Shown here: in pieces, positions 19,243-27,984 of the stretch | How positions within the stretch are numbered: position 1 is the first letter of the stretch | Layout: each line of letters begins with the position of its first letter | Source of the DNA: Ignavibacteriales bacterium | GTDB lineage: Bacteria > Bacteroidota > Ignavibacteria > Ignavibacteriales > Melioribacteraceae | Assembly: GCA_007280825.1 (NCBI GenBank) | Contig: QYQI01000100.1 | Span: 1-39,903 of the forward strand | Reading direction: 5' to 3' | DNA length: 39,903 nucleotides | Notes under the pieces: model-generated | The model's database searches: none | What the model saw: the letters and a program-made list of their open reading frames with translations, nothing else | Told to the model about the DNA's origin: nothing | Translations under genes and position numbers: made by a program

Positions 19243-19255
19243 TTACATTCTCCTT

Positions 19256-20017
19256 TTAATGTGTTTTAATTAATTCTTCTGCTTTTTTACCAATCTCACT
19301 TGTCGGATCTATTTCAACAGCTTTCTTCCACCATTCAACTGCTTTAACGGAATTTCCGGCTGTCGAGTTTACAATACCTAAATTTAAATGTGCAATTTGA
19401 TGTCTTGGCTGGTACGTTAACGCCTTTTCCATCGCAGTTATCGCTTCATTATTCTTTCCTGTTTCGTAATAACAAACTCCCATATCTACAAGAACATCAG
19501 AATTTTTAGGATCAAGTTTTAAATAATCGTTATATCTCTCGATCGCTTTTGCTTTCAGTCCGGAATCATTTAACAAGTGTGCAAGATGTAATAAAGTTTC
19601 TTTATCGCCAGGATTCTTCTTTAGTGTTTCTTCATAAGAATTAATCTGCTCAAGATTATTAAGATCAACACCAGCATGAGGATTATTTTTATCATTAAAT
19701 TGAGTTGAAGTTATTGAAGCCTGGCTATCAAAAATTCCGGAAGAATATATAATCACTCCGCATGCAACCAATAAAAACAAAATTAAGTATATAAGTTTTG
19801 TAGATGAAAAAGTTCTTACCAAATTTTCTTGATGATTTGCCTTTTTATTTTTTTCTTTTTGAATATTTTTTTTTGACTTCGAAAATTTAGATAATGAATT
19901 ATTCTCTTCTTTATTCAGATGCTGTTTATCATTTTTTGATTTTACAGCAACACCACATTGAGGACAAAATTTTACTTCATAATTTATTTCTTCACCGCAA
20001 ACTTTGCATTTAATCAT
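19256..20017 (-). CDS. Zinc-ribbon / single-TM / TPR-repeat protein
   Basis: N-terminal CxxC...CxxC zinc ribbon (CKVCGEEINYEVKFCPQCG), then a Lys-rich linker and a TM (LIYLILFLLVACGVIIY). The C-terminus carries about 3-4 TPR-like repeats (AIERYNDYLKLDPKN, AITAMEKALTYQPRH, AVEWWKKAVEIDP). Confidence 0.75.
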   Translation of the reverse strand: MIKCKVCGEEINYEVKFCPQCGVAVKSKNDKQHLNKEENNSLSKFSKSKKNIQKEKNKKANHQENLVRTFSSTKLIYLILFLLVACGVIIYSSGIFDSQASITSTQFNDKNNPHAGVDLNNLEQINSYEETLKKNPGDKETLLHLAHLLNDSGLKAKAIERYNDYLKLDPKNSDVLVDMGVCYYETGKNNEAITAMEKALTYQPRHQIAHLNLGIVNSTAGNSVKAVEWWKKAVEIDPTSEIGKKAEELIKTH

Positions 20018-20046
20018 TTATTATCCTTATTCATAACAACAAACAA

Positions 20047-20349
20047 CTATTCGTTTACTAAATTATCTTTCATTCCAGAATCAACAGCAGATTTAAAATC
20101 TTTTGAAAACTTAAAGGTCGGAACATAATGTTCGCCGACATAAACTTTTTCGCCCGAACGAGGATTGCGGGCATAACGGGCTTTTTTCTTTTTTACTTTA
20201 TAGCTTCCAAAACCCCTAATTTCAATACCCTTTCCTTCTCTCAGTGATTGGATTACAGTATTTAAGAATCCTTCAACAATCGCTTCGGTTTCTAGTTTGG
20301 TCAATCCGGTTCCGGTAGCAACTTTTTCAACTATATCGGCTTTCGTCAT
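20047..20349 (-). CDS. HU/IHF-family nucleoid DNA-binding protein
   Basis: 100 aa. The helical N-terminus is KADIVEKVATGTGLTKLETEAIVEGFLNTV. The beta-arm is RGFGSYKVKKKKARYARNPRSGEKVYVGEHYVPTFK. AGAGG precedes the ATG. Confidence 0.9.
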   Translation of the reverse strand: MTKADIVEKVATGTGLTKLETEAIVEGFLNTVIQSLREGKGIEIRGFGSYKVKKKKARYARNPRSGEKVYVGEHYVPTFKFSKDFKSAVDSGMKDNLVNE

Positions 20350-20600
20350 CTCTAACCTCTAATTTTAAGCTAAGTTACAGTAATTGCGAAGCAAAAAATA
20401 TTAAAAAGCCGAACCAAAACAAATAAATAGAACGACTTTAATTTTTTTAAGTATCATAATAATCTCATTTGTGATTTATTGTTTCACTTTAATACAAGAA
20501 ACTGACTAAAATATTCTACTAGATGTAAAAACAGCTTGAATTCATAATATTTTCCAATGGTATAGCATTTGTCTTAATAAGTAAAAAAAGGAAAAAAGAA

Positions 20601-21200
20601 ATGACCCTTCTTCCAATTATATATACCAGTTTACTGATATTCTCCACGTTTCTTTTGTTTGTGTTAAGTATTTCCTATGTAGCATATAAAGCAAAAGCTA
20701 GAGGTAGATTACCACGCTCTCTTGAACCGATACTAAATCGCCGTTTAGCTTTAGCAGTTAATACATCACCCGTTAATAATTACGTCAGGAAACCATTCGT
20801 AAAACAGAGACAATCAAATCTACCGATTACTATTAACAATAATTTCTCAACCAAAAAACATTTTACACATGATGTGGGAACTAGGAGAACAGAAAGGCAT
20901 AATTTAAATCCGCGTGAAGATTTCATGAGATTAAATCAACCAGAGAAGAACTACAATACAAACAAGAGTTCTACTGTTAACCCAAGAAACAAAACTACAC
21001 AGTTTACTGAGCGACGCAGACTTGAAATAATGAATCAAAACGAAAATTTTAGAACAATTGAGGAAAGAAAAAGCTATAAAGAGGACCTTCCAAAACAGGG
21101 TCCTAACTTAGCAGAAATAAATTTACTAAATTATTATAGCGATAATAATGAATATGAAATGGTAACATTATCAGCCTCTCGTATAAGTAAAGCAATTTGA
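20601..21200 (+). CDS. Hypothetical membrane-anchored basic protein (paralog 1 of a tandem pair)
   Basis: ORF-track ORF. Has an N-terminal TM (LLPIIYTSLLIFSTFLLFVLSISYV) and a long Arg/Asn/Lys-rich low-complexity body. I recognise no family. GGAAAAAAG lies upstream of the ATG. Confidence 0.6.
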   Translation: MTLLPIIYTSLLIFSTFLLFVLSISYVAYKAKARGRLPRSLEPILNRRLALAVNTSPVNNYVRKPFVKQRQSNLPITINNNFSTKKHFTHDVGTRRTERHNLNPREDFMRLNQPEKNYNTNKSSTVNPRNKTTQFTERRRLEIMNQNENFRTIEERKSYKEDLPKQGPNLAEINLLNYYSDNNEYEMVTLSASRISKAI

Positions 21201-21255
21201 AGTTGCGTCTTCTCGTTTGGTTGGTAGGAAAAATATATTTTAATATCTTTCCTAT

Positions 21256-21804
21256 ATGGATATCATACCAATAATATATACTGTATTAATTATTGTAGTT
21301 GTATTAACAATTTTTACATTAACTTTTTCTTTTTACTCAGAAAGGAAAAAGCAAAGAGGGGCGGATGAAAATCCAAAATCCGTACCTGTGCATGAAATTC
21401 CTCCTCCAAAATCTGTACTCGAACGAAATAATTCCTTTCTAAACAAAAGCGAAAACTTACAACCCATTTCTATTTTGTCTCCTCAAAAAACAATTCAGGT
21501 AAAGGGGGGAAAAAAGGTTAATCCTTCTGACAAAATTGGGCTTGAATTAAAAAAAACAAAAAACGATAAAATTCTTAAAGACAATAAAAAGAAATTAATT
21601 CGCAATGGTAGATTAGAAGTATTGAATTCTATATCTGGCAATGATGTGAATAAAAACGTTAAATCTGAAATGAGTGGCGAACAAAATCCAAATCTAAAAT
21701 CGTTAGGCAGTAACATTTTAGATAATTATTCAGATGAAGAAAAAAATGATATGTTTACCTTGAAAGTGAAGGATCAAAAAGACAAACCTAAAAACAAAAC
21801 TTAA
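21256..21804 (+). CDS. Hypothetical membrane-anchored basic protein (paralog 2 of a tandem pair)
   Basis: Same architecture as 20601..21200. It shares three blocks with paralog 1: the N-terminus M..(L/I)PIIYT.L.I, a mid block RLE(I/V)(M/L)N, and a C-terminal PNL...N(L/I)L(N/D).YSD......M.TL. Confidence 0.6.
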   Translation: MDIIPIIYTVLIIVVVLTIFTLTFSFYSERKKQRGADENPKSVPVHEIPPPKSVLERNNSFLNKSENLQPISILSPQKTIQVKGGKKVNPSDKIGLELKKTKNDKILKDNKKKLIRNGRLEVLNSISGNDVNKNVKSEMSGEQNPNLKSLGSNILDNYSDEEKNDMFTLKVKDQKDKPKNKT

Positions 21805-21873
21805 TTTTTGATCTTTTGAATCATTTCTGACTATTTACCATCTAATTACGAACAACTGAAATTTGGAGAGATA

Positions 21874-22074
21874 ATGATCGAAAAAATTTATAAGATTGAA
21901 GGAATGTCATGTAACCACTGTGTAATGGCAGTTAAGAAAGAATTATCAAAATTAAATCTTGCAACAATGGAAGTCGAAATAGGTTTCGCAAAAGTAAATT
22001 TTGATGAAACTAAAGTAAGCTCATCAGACATAGAAAAAGCAATATCGACTGCAGGATATAAAGTTCAGAAATAA
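21874..22074 (+). CDS. copZ: Copper chaperone CopZ (HMA domain)
   Basis: 66 aa with the GMSCNHC metal-binding CxxC loop and a ferredoxin-like length. GGAGAG precedes the ATG. It lies immediately upstream of copA. Confidence 0.88.
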   Translation: MIEKIYKIEGMSCNHCVMAVKKELSKLNLATMEVEIGFAKVNFDETKVSSSDIEKAISTAGYKVQK

Positions 22075-22084
22075 CAGGCTTTGC

Positions 22085-24316
22085 ATGAAAAAGATAAATG
22101 TTCCCGTAGAAGGTATGACGTGTGCAAGCTGCGTAACACGTGTTGAAAAAATTATCGGTGGTTTTGAAGGCGTTAAGAATGTTAATGTTAATCTTGCAAC
22201 AGAACATGTTACGTTTGAACTAGAACATGATAATATCAATCTTGATTCAATTGCAAAAGCAGTTGAAGATTACGGTTACAAATTAAAACTAAATCCGAAC
22301 ACTCAAAATGATTCACAAAATATAATCCAAGATAGTATTGAGTTGGAAAAAGATAAATATTATGAACAAATCAAAAAAGATTTTTTCCTAGCTCTGGTTT
22401 TAACACTCCCCATTTTTATTATCAGTATGCTGTTTGATTATTCTTTCTTTCAGAATATTTGGAGTTTTTCAGCAGATACTACTCATAAGATTTTATTAAT
22501 ACTAACTACACCAATAATTTTTATTAGCGGAAAAAGATTCTATACGATTTTTTGGACTAACCTAAAACATTTTTCTTTTGAAATGAATTCTCTTGTTGCA
22601 ATCGGAACAGGTGCAGCGTACGGATACAGTGTAATTGCAACTTTATTTCCTTCGGTTGTTTCCATTCATGATGAATTACCTCATGTTTATTTTGAAACCG
22701 CCGGGGTAATTATCACACTGATATTAATGGGTAAGCTTTTAGAACATAATGCTAAACAAAAAACTAATTCCGCAATAAAAAAATTAATAGAGCTAAGACC
22801 AAAAACAGCAAAGGTTCTGATTAATAACAAAGAAACTGTTGTAAATATTTCTGATCTAAAAGTTGGAGATGTTATAGTAATCAAACCGGGAGATAAAATA
22901 CCTGCGGATGGAATTATTATCTGGGGCAATTCATCAGTGGATGAATCAATGATTACTGGGGAAAGTCTTCCGGTCGAAAAGACAATCGAATCTAAAGTTA
23001 TTGGTGGAACTATTAACAAAAATGGCTCATTCAATTTTAAGGTAACTGAGATTGGAGACAATACCGTACTTGCTCAAATCATAAGATTAGTTGAACAAGC
23101 GCAAGCATCAAAACCACCGATACAAAAATTAGTAGATAAAATTGCTTCAGTATTTGTACCGGTTGTAATAGTAATTGCATTAATAACATTTTTAGTGTGG
23201 CTATTTATTGGCGGTCATAATTCCTTCAGTCAGGCCCTGGTTAATTTTGTGGCAGTACTTATTATCGCTTGCCCATGCGCGCTAGGATTAGCTACTCCAA
23301 CTGCTATTATTGTCGGTTCGGGTTTAGGGGCATCAAATGGAATATTGATTCGGAATGGCGAAAGTCTTGAACTCGCACAAAATATTTCTACAATTATTTT
23401 TGATAAGACAGGAACAATCACTGAAGGTAAGCCAATAGTTTCTGAGATGGTTATAAATAATATTTCAGAAGATGAATTGATTCTCTTGAGTGCTTCTCTC
23501 GAATCAAAATCGGAACATCCTTTAGCGCTTGCAATCGTTGAAAAAGCAAAATCAAAAAATATTTCGTTATTACAACCGGAAACTTTCAAAAACTTATCCG
23601 GTTTTGGATTAACAGGAATCGTAAACAATCGTTCCCTGATAATCGGAAATCTAAATTTGATGAATGAGTATTCGATCAAAACAAATGCAATGAATGAACA
23701 TTATGATAAATTAATTATGAGCGGAAAAACAATTGTATTCGTAGGTGTTGACGGAGAATTGAAAGGATTGATTTCTATTGAAGACAAATTAAAAGTTACA
23801 TCTGCCGAAGCAATTAAAGAATTAGGTAAGATGAAAATCAAAACAGTTATGCTTACCGGAGATAATTCTAAAACTGCAAGACTGATTGCGGACAAAGTTG
23901 GAATTACAGATTTTAGATCAGAAGTACTACCGGACGAGAAAGCAAATATTGTGAAGGAATATCAGAGTAAAGGTGAAGTTGTAGCAATGGTTGGTGATGG
24001 GATCAATGATTCACCCGCGCTTGCACAAGCGGATGTTGGAATTGCTATCGGTACAGGAACAGATGTTGCCATTGAAACTGCTCAGATAACATTAGTACAA
24101 GGAAATTTATTATCTGTTGCTAAAGCAATTAATCTTTCGAAGAATACAATAAAGACAATTAAACAAAACTTATTTTGGGCGTTTATATATAACACTGTTT
24201 TAATTCCATTAGCTGCTTTCGGAATGTTGAACCCGATGATCGGCGCTTTGGCTATGTCGTTAAGTTCGGTTTCGGTTGTAAGCAATTCACTGCGGTTAAA
24301 GAGAGCAAAAATATAA
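22085..24316 (+). CDS. copA: Copper-translocating P1B-type ATPase
   Basis: N-terminal HMA motif GMTCASCV. The core motifs are TGES (ITGESLP), the membrane CPC (IIACPCALGLATP), DKTGTIT, SEHPLA and GDGINDSPAL. Confidence 0.95.
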   Translation: MKKINVPVEGMTCASCVTRVEKIIGGFEGVKNVNVNLATEHVTFELEHDNINLDSIAKAVEDYGYKLKLNPNTQNDSQNIIQDSIELEKDKYYEQIKKDFFLALVLTLPIFIISMLFDYSFFQNIWSFSADTTHKILLILTTPIIFISGKRFYTIFWTNLKHFSFEMNSLVAIGTGAAYGYSVIATLFPSVVSIHDELPHVYFETAGVIITLILMGKLLEHNAKQKTNSAIKKLIELRPKTAKVLINNKETVVNISDLKVGDVIVIKPGDKIPADGIIIWGNSSVDESMITGESLPVEKTIESKVIGGTINKNGSFNFKVTEIGDNTVLAQIIRLVEQAQASKPPIQKLVDKIASVFVPVVIVIALITFLVWLFIGGHNSFSQALVNFVAVLIIACPCALGLATPTAIIVGSGLGASNGILIRNGESLELAQNISTIIFDKTGTITEGKPIVSEMVINNISEDELILLSASLESKSEHPLALAIVEKAKSKNISLLQPETFKNLSGFGLTGIVNNRSLIIGNLNLMNEYSIKTNAMNEHYDKLIMSGKTIVFVGVDGELKGLISIEDKLKVTSAEAIKELGKMKIKTVMLTGDNSKTARLIADKVGITDFRSEVLPDEKANIVKEYQSKGEVVAMVGDGINDSPALAQADVGIAIGTGTDVAIETAQITLVQGNLLSVAKAINLSKNTIKTIKQNLFWAFIYNTVLIPLAAFGMLNPMIGALAMSLSSVSVVSNSLRLKRAKI

Positions 24317-24321
24317 TTCGT

Positions 24322-24345
24322 AGAGACGTTGCATGAAACGTCTCT
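24322..24345. terminator. Hairpin between the convergent copA and guaC-like genes (possible bidirectional terminator)
   Basis: Perfect 9-bp stem AGAGACGTT/AACGTCTCT around the 6-nt loop GCATGA. The flanking T/A runs are weak. Confidence 0.45.
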
Positions 24346-24367
24346 GCTAAAGAAATTGTATGAAATA

Positions 24368-25384
24368 TTATTTACGCGGCAATCTTTCCAAATAAGAACT
24401 TGTACTGAGAACCCCAAACGTATTTATTTTTTTTAGCTCCTCTAAAGATTCGCAATTCAAATAGCTCATCGCACTTTTTAATCCATCGGAGATAGCATTA
24501 ATCACACTCTTCACTGCACCTTTGTATGGTACCATTGTTTCTTCACCTTCAATGAACTCGCCTTTCATTTTAACACCAAACGATGCTGAACCGCGGTATT
24601 TTTTCCAAAGTTGATCGCTGTATTTGATCACTTCACCAGGCGTTTCTTTTGTCCCTGCAAGCATTCTTCCAAGCATTACTATATCTGCACCGGAAGCCAA
24701 AGCTTTTACTACATCGCCGGGACTTTTTATTCCGCCATCCGCAATTAATTCTATCATTAATTTTTGTTCCTCGCGTGCAAAGTAAGTATCTAACACAGAA
24801 GAAACTTGTCCAATTCCAATTCCCGTTTGAACAGAAGTAGTACATACGCTTCCTCCACCAATTCCAATGCGAACAGCATCCGCACCGGCATCAACAAGTT
24901 GTTTCAATGTTCCGCCGTGCGCAATATTCCCGACAATTACTTTTACTTTGTATTTCTTTTTTATCTCTTCGCATTTATTAAGTACATGAGCATTGTTTGC
25001 GTTAGCAGTATCAATACATACAATCAAATTGTTCGTTGCGATTTTTTCCAAGAGCTGATCTTCAGCAGTTAAGCTAACCGAAACAGCTTGAATCCCTTCA
25101 ATAACATTTCCATTTGAAAATAATTCACTTAATGAAGAATCAAATCTGTTCACAATTCCGATACATCCAGAATTAGAAAGCTCCTTCGCCATTGCAATTC
25201 CTGTAACCGTATCCATCGGACTTGAAACAACAGGTACAGTTAATTTTTTCCCAAGAAAAGATGATTTTATAGTTACTTCCAATCTGGTTTTTTCTCGAGA
25301 TATTTCCGTAGGTATTAAACTGATGTCGTCATAAGTAAGTGAAAGCGAATAATTGTTTAGTTCATGTTTAGAATAAATTTTCAT
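24368..25384 (-). CDS. IMPDH/GMP reductase family protein without a CBS insert (GMP reductase-like)
   Basis: 338 aa TIM-barrel. The catalytic Cys loop is [10 protein letters not shown]. It also has the phosphate-binding segments [12 protein letters not shown] and MLGRMLAG. There is no CBS pair, so it fits GuaC-type better than GuaB-type. Confidence 0.8.
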   Translation of the reverse strand: MKIYSKHELNNYSLSLTYDDISLIPTEISREKTRLEVTIKSSFLGKKLTVPVVSSPMDTVTGIAMAKELSNSGCIGIVNRFDSSLSELFSNGNVIEGIQAVSVSLTAEDQLLEKIATNNLIVCIDTANANNAHVLNKCEEIKKKYKVKVIVGNIAHGGTLKQLVDAGADAVRIGIGGGSVCTTSVQTGIGIGQVSSVLDTYFAREEQKLMIELIADGGIKSPGDVVKALASGADIVMLGRMLAGTKETPGEVIKYSDQLWKKYRGSASFGVKMKGEFIEGEETMVPYKGAVKSVINAISDGLKSAMSYLNCESLEELKKINTFGVLSTSSYLERLPRK

Positions 25385-25570
25385 TTTATCTCCAGTCTAA
25401 AAGCAAAATAATATTTAATTAATCCAGTATTTCCGGTTTGAATCTATGGAATTTTTTCTTTCAAATCTCTGATTAGTGAAAAAAACTCTAAATGTTTTTT
25501 ATCTTTCTCATGTAAGCAAGTCAAAGCAATTTTTTATAATTTGACTAACCTTTTAATCAATGGAAAAATC

Positions 25571-26920
25571 ATGACAGAACAGACCAATACTGCTAAATCA
25601 ATCAGCTGGAAATTTCCAAAAGATTTTTGGATTGCAAATGTAATGGAGCTTTTTGAACGTGCCGCATACTATAGCTTCTTCATCGTTCTTACTCTCTACC
25701 TTACAAACATTGTTGGTTTTACCGATAAAGAAACCGGTGTAATTGCCGGAATTTTTTATGCGGGAATTTTCTTTCTAACTCCATTTATGGGTGCCGCAGC
25801 TGATAAGATTGGTTTTCGGAATGGAATGCTTGCAACCTTTACTTTATTAACAATCGGATATTTATTTCTTGCATTGTTTCATTCAAAAATGATTGTTCTT
25901 TTCTTTTTGATGATCGTAATGCTCGGCGCTTCATTTATCAAACCGCTTATCACCGGAACAGTTGCAAAAACAACAGCTACGGATAACCGTGCACGCGGCT
26001 ACTCTTTATTCTATTGGGTAGTTAACATCGGTTCGTTTAGCGGAAAAACTTTTGTTCCATTCATCAGGCAAGGATTTGGATTAGAAAATGTTTATTTCTT
26101 TTCGGCGGCAATGGCATTATTTGCGTTACTCTTTGCATTATTTTTTTACAATCCACAAAATTTTGCCGGAGAAAAAAAGAGTGTTAGACAAATTGCTCAA
26201 ACACTTCTTAAAGTTGTTAAAACTCCACGCTTAATATTTTTGATATTAATCGTTTCCGGTTTTTGGATTACACAAGGGCAGCTTTATGCATCAATGCCAA
26301 AGTACGTTATAAGATTACTCGGCGAGCAGGCAAAACCTGAATGGCTTGCTAACGTAAATCCACTTGTAGTAGTTCTTTTTGTAGTATTAATTACTCAATT
26401 AATGAGAAGAAAAAAAGCAGTAACTTCAATTTTTATCGGTATGATCTTAATGCCGCTCTCTGCTTTCGCAATGTCGCTTGGGCAAAGTTTTGAAGGTACT
26501 GTTGGAAATCAAATTCCCATATTTGGTTTATTCAGTCTTCATCCTTTAACCATGATGATGATTGTCGGAATAGGTATTCAAGGTTTGGCGGAATGTTTTA
26601 TCTCACCGCGTTACCTAGAATATTTCTCTTTGCAAGCACCAAAAGGTGAAGAAGGAATTTATCTCGGCTTCAGTCATCTATACAATTTTGTTTCTGCACT
26701 TGCGGGATTTATTATGAGCGGTTTCTTGCTCGATGCATATTGTCCCGATCCAAAAACTTTACCGGTCGGAATCTCTGAAGTTGAACGGGCATCATATTAT
26801 GCACATGCTCATTACATTTGGTATTACTTCTTAGCGATTGGATTTGCTGCAGCAATTGCTCTTTACATTTTTAAGAATGTAACAGAAAGAATTGATAAGA
26901 AAAAAACTGCATCGAGTTAA
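25571..26920 (+). CDS. Proton-dependent oligopeptide transporter (POT/PTR2 family MFS)
   Basis: POT signature ExxERxxYY is present as MELFERAAYYSF. The protein is polytopic with about 12-14 TMs. The ORF track begins at TTG 25541; I prefer ATG 25571 (MTEQTN...). Confidence 0.85.
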   Translation: MTEQTNTAKSISWKFPKDFWIANVMELFERAAYYSFFIVLTLYLTNIVGFTDKETGVIAGIFYAGIFFLTPFMGAAADKIGFRNGMLATFTLLTIGYLFLALFHSKMIVLFFLMIVMLGASFIKPLITGTVAKTTATDNRARGYSLFYWVVNIGSFSGKTFVPFIRQGFGLENVYFFSAAMALFALLFALFFYNPQNFAGEKKSVRQIAQTLLKVVKTPRLIFLILIVSGFWITQGQLYASMPKYVIRLLGEQAKPEWLANVNPLVVVLFVVLITQLMRRKKAVTSIFIGMILMPLSAFAMSLGQSFEGTVGNQIPIFGLFSLHPLTMMMIVGIGIQGLAECFISPRYLEYFSLQAPKGEEGIYLGFSHLYNFVSALAGFIMSGFLLDAYCPDPKTLPVGISEVERASYYAHAHYIWYYFLAIGFAAAIALYIFKNVTERIDKKKTASS

Positions 26921-27984
26921 TCTGTAAGATTAACTTTCATAGAATCATCAACAATAATATTTTTTCGATACAAGAACGAATGATTTCCATTTTTATTTGC
27001 TGCAATTATTCTGATCGGGTATGTACCGGGTTTGATTATTTCTGTTCTCACTGAAACAACATTTGTTGTTTTATCAAATGAAAACTCTTTCTCTTCTTTA
27101 TTAAAATAAATTTGAATTGACTTAGAATTTATTCCTACAGAATCTTTGAGTAAAAATGAAGCATCCAATATGTTATTATCTAATCTCAAACTATCATGAA
27201 GAAAATTAATTTCCGGTCTGCCGTCTCGTAAATATTTAGCAAGTCCTCTAAATATTCCCCATGCCTGAATCTGATTAAACTCCTCATTATTCAAACGAAG
27301 TTCTTCAAAGTGATTTGTATGAAAAGCACATTCAACAAGTACTGCCGGTATATTAGTTTTTCTTAGTACAGAAAAACCTTCACCCGGATAGATATTGTAA
27401 TCACTATATGTGCCGTCAAAAGAACCAAGTCCTCCGGGAGTTCTCATTACATAGGAAAGATCACGCTGAATGTAACGTGCCATATCGTGATTACAAGGTT
27501 CGTATTCGTAATCAGTTTCTCTTGCATGATAATATGTTGAAGTGTAGTTGGTATAATCGTCTTCTGTTTTCCCCGGTGCATTATGATGAATGCTGATAAA
27601 TATTTCCGCGCCACTATTATTTGCCAATTCAGAACGATAAGCAAGTTGAACTGTAGTGTCTTTATCACGCGATATTATTACCTGCGCTCCGGCTGATTCA
27701 AGATATTTTTTTAGATTTAGAGCAACTCTTAAATTAACGTCAGCTTCTATCACATCTCCTTTACTGTTTTTATTTTTTCTGTCTTCCCCACCGTGTCCGG
27801 GATCTAAAAATATTTTTCTTCCGCTAAGATATTTGGAATATTCTAAAATTGTCTTTTCTCTTTCGTTAATATTTTTCCAATCTGTGGGATATTCGTAAAG
27901 TGGAATGATTGGCTTGGACGAACAGGCAACCAGGAGTATTGCTATTAATAAAGTAAATATTTTTACGAAAATATTTTTATGCAT
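26917..27984 (-). CDS. N-acetylmuramoyl-L-alanine amidase (Amidase_3), lipoprotein, with a C-terminal Ig-like extension
   Basis: Amidase_3 Zn-site motifs LDPGHGGED and ISIHHNA, with the conserved Glu context VLVECAF. I prefer the start at Met 27984, giving MHKNIFVKIFTLLIAILLVAC|SS (lipobox) preceded by AAGGA. This overlaps the helicase gene end by 22 nt. Confidence 0.88.
   Translation of the reverse strand: MHKNIFVKIFTLLIAILLVACSSKPIIPLYEYPTDWKNINEREKTILEYSKYLSGRKIFLDPGHGGEDRKNKNSKGDVIEADVNLRVALNLKKYLESAGAQVIISRDKDTTVQLAYRSELANNSGAEIFISIHHNAPGKTEDDYTNYTSTYYHARETDYEYEPCNHDMARYIQRDLSYVMRTPGGLGSFDGTYSDYNIYPGEGFSVLRKTNIPAVLVECAFHTNHFEELRLNNEEFNQIQAWGIFRGLAKYLRDGRPEINFLHDSLRLDNNILDASFLLKDSVGINSKSIQIYFNKEEKEFSFDKTTNVVSVRTEIIKPGTYPIRIIAANKNGNHSFLYRKNIIVDDSMKVNLTD

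Noticed and set aside
18797-19255. tRNA-Thr locus as a possible genomic-island integration site
   Set aside because: No integrase, no direct repeat of the tRNA 3' end and no foreign-looking genes flank it. The neighbours are mraZ and the bS22-like gene, both core functions.
22687-23895. Minus-strand ORFs 22687..23061, 23230..23679 and 23701..23895 inside copA. The same applies to 22010..22239 over the copZ/copA junction, 24082..24417 over the copA 3' end, and 24633..25072 inside the guaC-like gene.
   Set aside because: They are antisense shadows of confidently identified genes. The peptides are low-complexity Ile/Ser/Pro-rich with no start context.
25541-25570. TTG start given by the ORF track for the POT transporter
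   Set aside because: An in-frame ATG 30 nt downstream (25571) gives a normal N-terminus. The TTG codon coincides with a TTGACT that looks more like promoter sequence. This is kept as an alternative only.
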